Shown piece by piece: positions 1 through 13,048 of a stretch of DNA of 64,000 bases (positions are counted from its first letter, which is position 1; every line of letters starts with the position of its first letter). Source of the stretch: the human T2T-CHM13v2.0 reference genome, Homo sapiens. The notes below the pieces were generated by a model. The model was not told the DNA's origin and searched no databases. It worked only from the letters and a program-made list of their open reading frames with translations. Made by a program: the position numbers and the translations under genes. The stretch lies in the NCBI RefSeq assembly GCF_009914755.1, contig NC_060925.1. One strand, 5' to 3'.

Positions 1-626
1 GCTCCCACCAAAGTACTTAGGATCCTTTTGAAAAGGGGCAGTTCCGGAATTGCCATAAGAGACCAGGAATTCACAATCAGAACTTCATTTGCTTTCCTTC
101 CTGAAGTTTGTCTTTAGTGAGCTCACAGCCTTGACGAATGAAGAAACAAACCCATCTCAAACAAACAAAAAACAAAGAGGGCAGATCAAAGACAAGTCCT
201 CTATGAAAGTATGTCAGCTGGGGATAGAGGATAAAAGCTTTTTTGTTGCTGAATGAAAAAGCTCTTTTGGCTTCATGATTTCCTAGGGATTATAATAATA
301 ATGGCCTGGATTATCAATACAATTCACATCTGAATGTGCTTCACATTTCTCAAAACCTGAAGATTGGAAACTAAATTGTTGAAAGCCAATCAGTCCTGGC
401 CAGGTAGAGGTGCAAGGTAGACACAGAGACTCTTGAGCTGTAGGAGGTTTTATCAATATGACAGATACCCTTTGAGGGATGAGCTATTGGCATGTGGGCA
501 TTGAAGTCCTGGACAGAATGTAAATATTAAGACTTTAAAATAATAAATACAATATTCCCCAAACGAATCTTTTTATCTTCTACCTCAAACACAACTAGTG
601 CTCTTATCAATGACCTGGGACAGTGC

Positions 627-653
627 TTTTTTTTTTTTTTTTTTTTTTTTTTT
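627..653. repeat. poly(T) tract (T27)
   Basis: Uninterrupted T run seen directly. Confidence 0.95.
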
Positions 654-784
654 GCTTGTCTTTAGTAATGTACTGCAACTCTGCTCAAGTTTGTTAAGCA
701 TTTCTCAGGTTCCAAAGAATTTTCTGACACTAGCATTACAAAAGTGACTAAGACATGGTCCCTATTTTCCAAAATTTGTTTAAA

Positions 785-970
785 TCCCAGCTCAAATCAT
801 GTCACTCCTCTGATCTAAACCCTGCATTGTTGCTCCATCTCACTCAGACGAAAGCCAACATCCTTGCAGTGGCCACCGGCTCCCACCTGATCTCCTCGGC
901 CCTTCCTCACTGACCTCATCACATACTACTCTCTCTGTTGCTGATACTGAATATGCCAGGATCCTCCTGC
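785..970 (+). mobile_element. LINE-2 (L2a-like) fragment
   Basis: aaatcatgtcactcctctgatctaaaccctg...ctcactcaga...aaagccaacatccttgcagtggcc resembles the L2 3' region consensus; ends approximate. Confidence 0.7.
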
Positions 971-1949
971 CTTTGTTAATGAATGCATTTTTCTTTCAGG
1001 AAAAGAGATGAGCTCTATGAGGAAATGCAAAAAGCAATTATAATTTCAATTGTGGAAAAAGAAAACTCAGAAGTCAACTTAAGAACTTGCCAGTCAGACT
1101 GCTTTTTGAGGGAGCTGTCCGATGAGCTGGTGTTGCTATTTGAGGTGAACCACCCAGCTAGCTGGGTGGCTTGACTACCTAGAGGGAAAACTTGACCATT
1201 CATACGACAGAGAAAGACGTGACTAAAGAACACTGTCCCCACTATACACTTCCACCCTGCATGACATCAGTGAATCTTTGACTTCCTTTAGGTTAGCAAA
1301 GCATGGAAACGAATTTCACGCCAAATGACGATACATTCATGATCGCTGGACAATTTTATTATCTGGATCCTGGGGCAGTGCATGCAGTGTTTGTCCTGGA
1401 GCAACCTCCTTAAGGGGCCACCTCTGCTTGAGCAACACGCTGGAAGCTTCATAGATAGGTAACATTCTCTAGCTTGCTACCCAGCCCCCTTGGTGTCATG
1501 TTTCTCTTCTCCCCCATCCTCCTGTGTAGTGCATGTGCTCTCCAGACTCTCCCCAAGGCTCTGTCCCTGTCCCACCTTCCCTCTCTGAGAACTTCCCACC
1601 TCCGCTCCACTCCTTCAGGTGAGGATTTTTTTTTCTCTCTGACTCAACACATATGCAGATAACTTACTGGTCAGACCCTTCTTTGTTGTATTCGGTCTCT
1701 AAGATCCTGGGCCTATTTGTTACTCATATTGTCTAGATCTTGGGAGCAGAGCCATGTCCAAAGATCATGGAATTCTTTGCACACAGAGTGGACACCTGAC
1801 CTGTCATCAGGGTGTAGGCTTTCCTGATGCCCCTCCCACCCGAGCCAGGTGTGAGTGGAAGGGATGAATCTCAGAGGGTTGAATAAGTTATGAGCCTTAG
1901 TTCATGATATATCATCATCTTTGATTTGGGTTAATCTTTGATTTAATTA

Positions 1950-2450
1950 GCTATCACTTTTATTCCCATTCTTCATTCCCATGCCCCATCCATAGGCAGT
2001 CATATCTATGTGTTTAATGTTTACCTTTTTATCTGTAAATGCCCTTATAAAATATGCATTATTATTTGGCGTACATATATTTTTCACTTACACAGACAGT
2101 ATTGAATTATTTATCTTCTTCCCCCCATTCAGCACTATGCTTTTAAGGTGCATGCATATCGTTCTGTGGGCTTCTATCTGCGGCATGATCAGCCACAGTG
2201 TGCATCTGTGTATCATGCTCTCTGCCTTCCCAGCCCCTGACAAACACACAGACAATGCTGTGGGAAACATCACAGTATATATTCATATCTTCATATGAGA
2301 GGCATATTCCCAAGGGTGAAATTAAGCCCTATAAGATGAATGAGCTATAGATACAGGAATGTAGGTATAGATAGATGTAGATGGCAAACATAGATATTTA
2401 AATTCATATGCTTACCTTGACTAAGAATGTATTATGCCAGATGCCACACA
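1950..2450 (-). mobile_element. old L1M(E)-like 3' fragment
   Basis: Degenerate antisense L1 3'-UTR-like motifs (cattcagcactatgcttttaagg..., aatgctgtgggaaacatc); ends approximate. Confidence 0.4.
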
Positions 2451-2807
2451 GAACCAACCCCTTCTTCCCCCATACCTCTATTCTGCCCCATACCAATTTC
2501 TAGCGTAGCACTTGCTAGAGCACCCAGAAAGAAAGGGGCCCCTTCCTAACCACTACCTGCACACATATCTCATTCACAAATCATAGCCAGGTTTCCAAGT
2601 TAAATAATAACTTCTCTACAGAGTCTTCCTTGATCCCCACAGATGGAAACAATTGCTCTGTAGTCTGAATTCTTGGTCTCTTAGTATCTTTTGTCTGATA
2701 ACTTAATATTTTTCAAAGGACACCAATCATAGTTACATAGAGGTTTAATCGCTCCTCTAAGCTCTAAACCTGTGAACAAAGGATTACCACGAGTCATCTT
2801 GGTGACT

Positions 2808-3040
2808 TGGTGGTTATAACATGGGCTTTGAAGTCTAACAGAACTGAGTTTGTCTCTGCTGTGTCATTTATAAGCTGTGTGACTGTTAAACAAGTTAATT
2901 CAATTCTCTTAGCCTTAGTTTCCCCATGTTGATACTGCCTATCTTAATGATTTATGGAAGAACCAAATGAAAAGCTGCACATAAAACAGTCCAGTGCCTA
3001 ACATATATGACCAGCTCAATAAGTGGTAGCTGCCATTAGA
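2808..3040 (+). mobile_element. MIR SINE
   Basis: gtggttataacatgggctttgaagtc...gctgtgtgac...agccttagtttcccc...gtgcctaacata...ctcaataagtggtagct follows the MIR consensus. Confidence 0.8.
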
Positions 3041-6000
3041 ACTGTCATGACCATCATTATTGTCAAGCGGCTGTACAGAATATGGCACAGTTCCTACAGT
3101 GGTAGACACTCAGGAATTGTGTCGTAAATGAACAAGCCTCAGAAACAAAAACTGCCCTGTCCAAGGTCACCTGGATGGAAACTGTCAGGGCTGGTACTTA
3201 AACACAAGCCTTCTTTGTGGCCTACCTTCTCTAAAACTAAACTAACTATTTTTTAGAAAAAAAAATTAGCTATTTATAGGACTGGAACAGTGAGACAAGA
3301 GGAACTGAATTTCTATATCACTTCAATCAGAGAAATTGAAATTGCATGTATGGGGGTCAGAGACTGTGCCAAGTCTCCATCTGGTGACACTTTCCCTCGT
3401 CCTGGTTGGTGGTGGTGTCAGGAGGGTCTATGAGATGACATACACGTAATACACTAGACCAGTGTCGGCAGGTAGCGGATACAGGAATCTGCCCTAATTA
3501 TTACCAGCCCCTTGACCCAGAGACACAGAGGATTTCTCCTGCTTCTTCCCATGTAAAGCAACCATCTCCCTCCTCAGCCTGAGGAAAACCTCAGTTCAAA
3601 CAACCTTCCGACCTTTCTCAAAGAAGGCTGGCTGTTCAGATTCAATAAAACACAATCTATGTGATTAAAAAAAAAAAACTTTTAGCAGCTCATTAAAAAG
3701 TTCCGTAGGTTTCAAGAGCATCAAATGGCTTTTCGCAATCAATATTTTCAGGCTCTGGAGTGAATCATAAAGATTAAACACTTTCTTCCTTAAAAAATAA
3801 AAGAAATCTGTCTATAACTGAATAGAAAGAACTGATGAGACAAGGAACACAGGTGGGAGTAGCCACGTTCTACTTCCCAAGAAAGGTCCAGCACACTGGC
3901 CTGGCCTGTCTGCTACCCACAGAACCCTGTGCTGAGGGAGGGGGCCCGGGGGCCAGGCAGGTCCAAGCAGGTTATTCACCCAGAGTTTCCCCATTATGGA
4001 TTCCAGTAAAGGAACGACGAGAACTATGATATCCACAGAAAGTTTTAAATTATACTGTGAAGAAAAGCCTACCTCTAACATCAAAAGGTGCCCAGGAGCA
4101 TGTCACCATGGAAGGCTCAGGGCGGGTTAGGCCAGCCATTTGGGAGTAAATGTCCTGAACAGAGCCCTACAGCCCAGGGCTACTCTTGAGTGAAGCAGTT
4201 CTACAAAGAAGAAGCTGGAAATGTTTGTTCTACTTAAATCCCTGGAGATACAGGTAGCGTCTTCTTGGGGTGGCCAAGGCCCCAAAAACTATCTCCCCAG
4301 ACTGCCAAAGGGAATCGTAAAGTAAGTTAGAGTGAAGGGGACACTCAGTGTGACACAAATGCATGCAAGGGCGGGACTGTGTTTGACTGGGGAGCATGGA
4401 GCCTCTTGGGGTCCCAGCATCCTGCAGGGCAGGAGCAACAGTGTCATGAATTAGCTGCACAGCAAGGGTCCATAGGGTGCCCCAGCAGAGGTAGGTGGGC
4501 TGAGGATGAGTCAGAGTGTTGCAAGGCCAGCAGCCGGCAAGGACCTTTGCTAGAACACCAGGCTGGCGGATGCCAATCATTACAAAACAGAAGAGGTCAG
4601 GAGCTGTTTATTCCCTGCACTGTTTTGTTATAATTACTCCAGGAGGTCCACCAGGACCCACAGGCACAGGCCACTGACCTGAAGAACGTTTTAGTTTCTC
4701 CACTGAAGTCTGTTCCCAATCACAGCAGAGATGGACCTACTAGGACTGACAGAGACCCAAATTGCAACAAAGATGAAGTTTAAGAAGGCCAGGTCTGGGA
4801 CAAACAGCTCTAAAGATCTCCATGCCCTCCATGAAGCCATGTTCATGCTCAGCAAATGCACAACCCTTGAGGGGGAGTCCTGCGTGAGTGCCTGTAGCCC
4901 CTCTGTGTGATCTGTCACCACCAGCTGCAGACCAAGTGGCTCCCTGTGCAGCAGGGGAGGTGAACAAAGAATCGTGTTTCTCTGCTTCTTTGCCCCTGTA
5001 TGTTGAGTTTATTTTCATCCCTAAGGCTCCATTCAGGCAGAACTCTCTAGCCTGACCTCCCCCCGGGGTGGCATTACCAGCCCATCCATCTTAATGAAAT
5101 AACTGAAGTGGAGGTACAGAAAGACTTAAAGACTTAGATTGCAGTTGAGCACCAAGTAATTGATCTGATCGTTGGTGATAAATCCATTTCAGGCATCTTA
5201 ATGACTGAAGGCAGTTATTAAGACAACCAGTGACATTGCCTAGTCATGGCTATTTTAGTCTCAAAGGTCTGTGTCTGTATGTGAGGCTGGGCCCAACAGC
5301 TGACCTGTAAGCAGAAAACAAAAAAGATTTAAACAGTCCAACAGTGAGGTTTTTGCTCAATTATTTACGTTAATGTTCATCATAGCTTCTTTCTGCAGCC
5401 AGACTCTTTGCTTGCACTGGGAGATTATTCTAAGATGTACACAATGCACTTGCTGCCAAGCCGGATCAGGAGGTGGGGTTGCAGCTTACAGTGCAATCCA
5501 CAAGTGACACTTCTGTAAAAGCCTCCATGCCGTGTTATTCTCAGCCTGTGTGAAGACTGCATTGTGGGATTCATGCCAGAAACCCAGTCTTGTCCCATTT
5601 TGTCCCCCCTACCAATACTTGCTTTGTTCATCTGAAGGACCTAATGATACCCAGCAAATGCTAAACAGAAGATTAGGGGAAGGAGAGAGCTGCTCCTGCT
5701 ATATTACAGGTGCCTTCAGTGACAGTGCCAGCTCTGAGTCATTGATGACATTACCGCCACCCAGGGAGCAAAGGAGAGCACAGCTACCTCCTCCACCTCA
5801 GGACATGACAAAGTCCCATTGTCCTCTGGTTCTGGTTATTGTTCCCTTGAAAGAGGCAGGGCTGTGGCTTGTTGTGACCCAGAGCTGGTTAGAGCCACTA
5901 CCCATCCCTTCCCTTCCACTCTCCCAAACCCACACCTCCAAGCAGAAGGTGTGCAGTCCAGAGAGGAACTGGCACATGGGGTTTCCTACAGAGCCACACT

Positions 6001-6677
6001 TCTTCATTGCATGAAGTGTGACATATGAGAGTGCACTCCAGGCACCCTGTGTTCAATGTGCTACTCTCTGTAGGCAACTCCCAAATTCTATGACTTTATA
6101 CCAAAGACACCATTCCACTGATCTCCCACCTCAAATCCAAGCCTTGATCCCGGATTATCTCCTGATGGTCCCTGATCTCCACTCCTCTCTGCTTCCAGTC
6201 CCACTGTCCTGCAATTACACAGGAAGCACTGGACCAAGAAGCCAGGGCAGAGAATAGCGGATGAGATGAGGATGGTCAGTGTGGCATCGGGAGCGGGGGA
6301 AGGGGAGGCTTTAAAGCCTAAAGGGTTAAAGTCTTGCTTGTAATAAGAACATGGATGCAACATGGGTCATAAAGTCAAGGATGGAAGAAAATTCTAGTGG
6401 CTTCAGAAAGGCAGAGTTAAGAAGAAATTATTGTAATAATGCAGTGACTCTCAACTTTTTAGAAATTGAGCTTTGCTTTCAAAAGTATTCTTCCTGGGAA
6501 CCCCAATATATAGATGAGATAAAAGTGGAAGTCTGGTTGGAGAAGAACCTGCATCTCATTTTCCCCTGGCCACCTCATTCCCTCCTTCGTGGCAACTCAA
6601 CAACACCCCCAGGGACCCAGAAGGCTCTGGGGTTGACTGAAAACTCCTGTCACAGTGAAGACAAGAAATAAATGAAT

Positions 6678-6965
6678 TAGGTAGCTGTGGCAACAAACAC
6701 CAACAAAAGGCAATTGCTTAACACAACAAAAGCTTTTTGCTCATCCACACGAAGCCAACTGTGGGTCTGGGTAGCTCTTGAGGCAGCCGTCACATGGAGT
6801 GGCTCAGCGCCCCTGGTGTTCTTGCAGCACCTCTGTTCCAACACCTGCCTCCATGATGGGCACAGCGAGAGACTTGTGTCCCTGCTTTTAAGTGCTTCCA
6901 CTCAGAAATGACACATGTCACTTCCCATTCCAGCTCATGCAGGGGAGCTGGGAAATGTAGACACC
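6678..6965 (-). mobile_element. MLT1 (old MaLR LTR, J/K-like) fragment
   Basis: gcttaacacaacaaaag...; agaaatgacacatgtcacttcc...gggagctgggaaatgtag are typical MLT1 motifs. Confidence 0.6.
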
Positions 6966-8932
6966 CATGTGCCAGGAAAGGGAGGAGAGCCAGAAATACT
7001 GATGTATGTCCTGATAAGCTTAATAATGTTTATCACAACAAAAAAGGCTTATTAGATGAATGAGCCTTGCATTACATTGACTGAGTGCATTACAGCCTAT
7101 AGACTAGCACTCTACCTAGTTTATATCTTCTAGGTAAAGAGTCACAGGAGTCACAGGTTTAAAAAAAAAAAAAAAGAAAAAAAAATAAGATCCAAGACTG
7201 GCTTGGGGTCTCACAGCTAAGATTTAGCTGACCCTGGAAATTCCAGTCCCAGATCCACAGCCCTTGTTTCTACAACAGAGATCCAGGGAAGGGGAAGGAA
7301 GAGCTACTGAGAGAAAATCAGGATGAATTGGTCAGATAAATGCATATGCAAAAAGAAATAGTAAAAATCGCTCCCCAAGTTTTCTCACTTAACGAAGGAG
7401 AAATGGGAGACAAAATGTAACCGAAGGGCAGGGCTTGGGAGGAAGATAAACTCAATGCACCCCCCACCCCCCTGCCCAGTCTACCGTATTTCAAACAAGT
7501 GAATCATCCCACTTTGGGTATCAGGTTGATGGATTTCAAGACAGGCTGGACCAAAGAGGAAAGTTCACTGTAATTAAGTAAATATGTGCAATTTGTAAGG
7601 ACAATTTGCATGCACGCAGCACTATGCTGTTTACAAAGCACTTTCATATGCAGGATCTCATCTGTATTCAGAGGCTCACTGGTGCCCTAGGCAGGGATGA
7701 TGTTATCCTGGAGTAACGGCGTAACTTAGTCTGTGAATGACACAGGACACATTCTTGGCAACTCTGTAGGACAGGGCATTTGGTCCAGACAGGACACTCA
7801 CCGGGCTACAAGGTCTAGCCCCTGCTCCGGGAGGTGGGGATCCAGTGAATATGGCCCACCTCTTGTTGATCCACATCCTCAGAGCCTGAGGCTTAGCCCC
7901 AGACACCTCTAGCCAGCCTGTTTCAAACCTTTGCTCTCTAGGCTTCACCGAACAGGGAGCTCAGATAATTTTACCACCCAGGACATTCAAAGTGGTTGTG
8001 TTGGCCTGAGAGAGGGCAGGTAGGTGTGGCCATCAAAGTTGAGGGTGATCTTACATTGTCAATGGGACTGCTCCCCTTCCAGGGTCTGGAGAACGGGGCA
8101 GTGCATCACTCCCACCGACAGAGAAGGGACAAGCATAAGCTGGGCAGAGTGTCAGAGCCAACATCAGAGGAGGACTCTAGTCCAAGCAGGGAACAGGTAG
8201 GCAAGAAAGACATCAGAGTAGACACCAGGGTCTATAAAGTGGGCTGACAGGGAGCAGGAGGAGATGGGCCAGGTGACCTGCCATTGTGGCCGGTCTGGTC
8301 TCATCAAAGTCCTCCTCTCTCCTCCCTGCCCTTGTCTGGGTAATCTGGAACAGAGCTGAGGGGCCCTGCTAGGAGGGCAACAGTGCCTCTTGCTGCAGGG
8401 TGCTGCAGGGAATCACTCAGGACATGCCTTCTGTCTCTGCCTGCTGAGGCTCTTGGACTCCTGGACTCCCCACATCCCAGTGAGAGACAGAGCTGCTGGC
8501 CAGAGCTGCAGACTCCTCGATTGTCCCGGTGCTGGTCTGAGAGCCTCCATCTCTTTATCTGGAACATGACTCCAACCACTTCACCTCTCCAGGACATCGT
8601 TTCCCTAGCTACTGAGGATGAATTTTGCTCACTTTCCTTTCTTGGCAACCCAGTTCCTGTAAGAACTGCTTTGAAGCTCTCCGTCTGCCTTGGATTCATG
8701 GCAACTGACAGGCTGGCTCCTCAGGCATTCTCATCACCTTCCAGTCTCAAGCAATTTCCTTTTAATTCAAAGGTGCAATGGAAATTCTCACCTCTCCCAG
8801 AGACACAGAGCCCTAAGGTTGAGGGCAGAGATCTAAGCCCAGGTAATCAGGGAACAGGTGACCTCTTGGTTAAATCTGGTCTCAGTACTCGGGAGCAAAA
8901 GCCTCCTCCCCCTTCAGGTGGGCAAATCTTTA

Positions 8933-9092
8933 AGCAGTGTTCTCAACCCTAGATATTCATTAGAATCACATGGTGTGTTTTTAAAAATCACTATCTAGAC
9001 CCTTCTCCCACCACCACCAATTAAATTAGAATGTTAGGGGTTTAAGTCCATGTATTCTTATTTTTTAAAAACTCTCCAGATAATTATAATGG
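8933..9092. mobile_element. MER5-type hAT-Charlie fossil
   Basis: cagtgttctcaacc...cattagaatcacatgg...ttttaaaaactctccagataatt. Confidence 0.6.
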
Positions 9093-9394
9093 ATAGGTAG
9101 TTTCCTGCTGACACATCAACTCTTCAATTCATTCTGCTAATCTCAGCCTATGCATTACTTTGTTCCAATCTTTTTATTAATTATTGCACCTTACAATTAC
9201 ACGGTGCCAAAGAAAGCATGTTCATATGAATGTTTTACTAACTCTGTGAGGCCAGTGCTCGTCCATCTTACTTGGAAAGAAAGGGTCTAGGTCCTATTCA
9301 CAGTTACATCCCTGCCATGTTTCACAACATCTAACGTGCAGTGAGTACTTAGTGTCTATTGAATTGTAAGATTGCTATAGCATGATTTTATTAT

Positions 9395-9520
9395 TATTAT
9401 CATCACCATTTTAAAGTTGATGAAACTGAGGCCAGGTGAGGTAAAGTGGCATTGCCTAAGATTATACAGCCAATTGAAAGGAAAGGCCAAGACTAGAACC
9501 CAGATCTTCTAAGTCTGGTG
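9395..9520 (-). mobile_element. MIR SINE
   Basis: ccattttaaagttgatgaaactgaggcc...ttgcctaagattatacagc...ctagaacccag is the antisense MIR core. Confidence 0.75.
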
Positions 9521-10048
9521 TAATTTCCAGACTCCTCTCCTTTCATTCCTCTCATCAGTCTTTTCCCAGGTCTGCCCATAGCCTCACATTAGTCTTGACC
9601 CTGTTTTTCAGGAATATGAAGGTTTCTAAACCCTGGGACACAGGTGTGAGAAGCACCAATAGACGTGACCACAGCCAAGGAACACACCCCCTTGTCTGGT
9701 CCTGTAGCTTAGCTTAGACAAGAAACAAATACAGAGGAGCAAATCTGAATTGTGTACTTAATAAATGATTGTGGATAATGATGGTTGTGGCAGTTATGGG
9801 AAGAATAGGCCATTGGATGGGCTACCCCTCTATCAATAGATCAAGTATTGTGTCCCGTGGTGACAGGCCCAATTACCAACTGGCAGGCGTATGAACAACA
9901 TTGAAGGAATTTCCACAGAAGAAAGGTTCTAAACCCACGGATACCTTGATGTCCTCAGTTTCCCCTTTGGGAAGTGAACACCTGCTCTTTGATATGGCCT
10001 TGCCTTGAAAGAAATATAAAGGATTCTGGAAAACAGCTTGGGGAAGTG

Positions 10049-10224
10049 CAGTGGTTCTCAGTATATGGTCCCTGAGCCAACAGTGTCATCATCACCTGGG
10101 AACTTGTTAGAAACACAAATCTCCATGCCGCCCCAGACCTACTGAATCTGAAACTCTAGGGACAAAGCTCAACAATCTGTGTTTTGTCAAGTGTCTGATG
10201 AAGACTAAACTTTTAAAACCACTA
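10049..10224 (+). mobile_element. MER5A
   Basis: cagtggttctca...catcacctgggaacttgttagaaa...cagacctactgaatctgaaactct...aaaaccacta, with terminal inverted repeats. Confidence 0.85.
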
Positions 10225-10329
10225 GTGTGGTGGGTAGGGCACCAACTTACTGGTTAGATACATCTGCCCTGGAAGCCCAACTCCAGTATTTACTTGGCGA
10301 GTTGCCTGGCAGTAAGAAGAAACAGAATA

Positions 10330-10659
10330 CAGTCATCCCTTGGTATCACCAGAGGATTGGCTTCGGGACACCCATGGATCCCAAAATCCACAGATGCTCA
10401 AGTGCCTGTTATAAAATGGTGTAGTATTTACACATAAGCTACACACACCCTCTCGTATACTTTAACTCATCTCTAAATTACTTACAATATCTAATACAAT
10501 GAAAATGCTGTGTAAATAGTTGTTATATTGTATTAGTTGTTTTACTTGTATTATTTTTACTATTGTATTGTTATTGTTATTGTTTTCTCTCAAAATATTT
10601 TTGATCTGAGGTTAGTTGAATCCACGGATGTGGAACCCACAGATATAGAGGGCCAACTG
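10330..10659. mobile_element. MER2 (TcMar-Tigger MITE)
   Basis: Ends cagtcatcccttggtatc / gatatagagggccaactg are inverted; TA precedes the left end; interior matches MER2. Confidence 0.9.
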
Positions 10660-10682
10660 TGTATGTGTATGTGTGTGATGTG

Positions 10683-10732
10683 AAATTTATATATATATAA
10701 ATTTATATATATATATAAATTTATATATATAT

Positions 10733-10814
<82 letters not shown>

Positions 10815-10827
10815 GAGAGAGAGAGAG
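10683..10827. repeat. compound microsatellite [AAATTT(AT)n]x3-(TC)14(TA)10(GA)n, forming two perfect palindromes
   Basis: Counted directly from the sequence. Confidence 0.95.
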
Positions 10828-11211
10828 CAAGTTCTGAACATGTGGGGGAACCCACTGACCTCCACATTTGTCCTGGCAAGGCTTTTCACAAGTGCCTTTC
10901 CACCCTAACACCCACAGCTGCCTAAGAAATCATCAGGCTTAATCCAGTCTTGCCCAATATTCATGCTTCCCTCAGTCACCATGCAAAGCACAAAACCACA
11001 GGTCATTTCTAATTCCTGGCCTCTATACCCATATATTCCATATGTCACCAAATCTCACCCCATTACCCTTTTCTCTTCAACCGTTAAACCTTCCATCTGA
11101 AACTCATGGTCAATCATTAGCAAGATCTCCCACAGACCCAACATCTACTCCTGCACCAATTAAAACACAACTCTATCCACTGAAGACGCTAATTCTCCTA
11201 CAAACCTCTAA

Positions 11212-11542
<331 letters not shown>

Positions 11543-11702
11543 CCCACACCCCTTTAAATTCTGGGTCTGGATGTGGGGCAGGTGTCCTTGTTCCTTATTG
11601 CTGCTTTTAGACAATAGTCTCTGTCTCCTTCCTAAAATTTTCAGCTGTTCTGAAGCTGAGGCCATCAGACCTGCTGCTACCTCTCATTGTTGGACTCATC
11701 TA

Positions 11703-11872
11703 CAGAGGTGCTTTTCAAATTTAAAAATGCACATGTGAATCACCTGGGGAGCTTGTTAAACTGCAGATTCTGCTTTAGTAGATGTTGGGGGAGGCCTGAG
11801 ATTCTGCGGTTTAACCAGCTCCCTGTGATGCAGGTGCTGCTGGTCCAGGGACCTCCCATTGTACCAGTAGCA
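11703..11872 (-). mobile_element. MER5A
   Basis: gaatcacctggggagcttgttaaa...cagattctg...ggcctgagattctgc...tgctgctggtccagggacc. Confidence 0.8.
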
Positions 11873-12064
11873 AAGATCTGCTGGTTTCTGAATCACTCTT
11901 CCTCATTTCTTGATAATTTTATTACCTGGATCACTGTCTTTATCAGTGATCAGTGTCTTTCAACACTGCTCCTGTCATCATTCTTTGTTATTTTAACAAA
12001 AATAAACATAAACAATCCATCCAAAACCCTGGCCTCTCAATTTGGTTTTACCTTTAATTATCTT

Positions 12065-12385
12065 CTTTTTTTTTTTTTTGAGATGGAGTCTCGCAGTGTG
12101 CCCAGGCTGGAGCACAGTGGCATGATCTTGGCTCACTGCAACCTCCGCCTCCTGGGTTCAAGCAATTCTCCTGCCTCAGCCTCCTGAGAAGCTGGGATTA
12201 CAGGCATGTGGCTAATTTTTTTTTCCTCATGCCTGGCTAATTTTTTTTTTTGTTTTGTATTTTTGTAGAGATGAGGTTTCACCATGTTGGCAAGGCTCTG
12301 ATCTTGAACTTCTGACTTCAGGTGATCTGCCTGCCTCAGCCTCCCAAAGTGTTGGGATTACAGGTGTTAGCCACCACGCCCGGCC
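12065..12385 (-). mobile_element. AluS with duplicated central linker
   Basis: Full dimer; TSD aattatctt at 12056-12064 and 12386-12394. Confidence 0.95.
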
Positions 12386-12669
12386 AATTATCTTATTTTC
12401 TACCTCACCTCATTTACCAGCTTTCTTGGTTATACCATAAACCTTGTCATTAGCAGCAACTATAGCCCTACCATGATCTTAATTTCACATGCCCCACACT
12501 CACTATACCTGCTCCCTCCCATGAATTCCATGCTTCAACAGTGCTGTGACTCACTGAAAGTTCTAATCCACTAGATGTATAACATTTTTCTTACCCCCAC
12601 CACCACCCCACACCTTTCTCATGTGTTTGCCTCCCTCCTTAACCTATAATTATAATCATTCTGTTGAAT

Positions 12670-13048
12670 TGCTATGGTTTGAATGTGTCCCCTAAAGTTC
12701 CTGTGCTGAAAATTTAATCCCCAATGCAACAGTGTTGAGAAGTAGGGCCTTCAAAAAGTGGTAGATTAATATCCTTATTGTCATTACTAAGGAAGTGGTT
12801 TTACTATCAAGAGAGTAGGTATATTTCAAAAGCAACCTTGACCCCCAGAGCTCTCTCCCTCTCTCACAAGCACACTCTTGCCCTTCAGCCTTCTTCCATG
12901 AGATGCTGCAGCAAGAAGATCCTCACCAGATGCTGCCACCATGCTCTTGGACTTCCCAGCATCTAGAACTATGAACCAAAAAAAGCTTTTGTTGTTTATA
13001 AATTACCCAGTCTGTGGTATTATATTATGGCAACACAAAATAGAGACA
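12670..13048 (+). mobile_element. MaLR solo LTR (MSTC/MSTD-like)
   Basis: TG...CA ends; tgctatggtttgaatgtgtcccc...ttggacttcccagc...ataaattacccagtctgtggtatt. Confidence 0.85.

Noticed and set aside
983-1174. Coding exon after the acceptor ttttctttcag (~1000)
   Set aside because: No convincing donor and the peptide is unrecognised; it cannot be supported.
5532-6014. 160-aa ORF as a gene
   Set aside because: Non-ATG start and no recognisable homology; this length is expected by chance in higher-GC DNA.
8383-8952. 189-aa ORF as a gene
   Set aside because: GTG start, no recognisable domain or splice structure; runs into a MER5 element.
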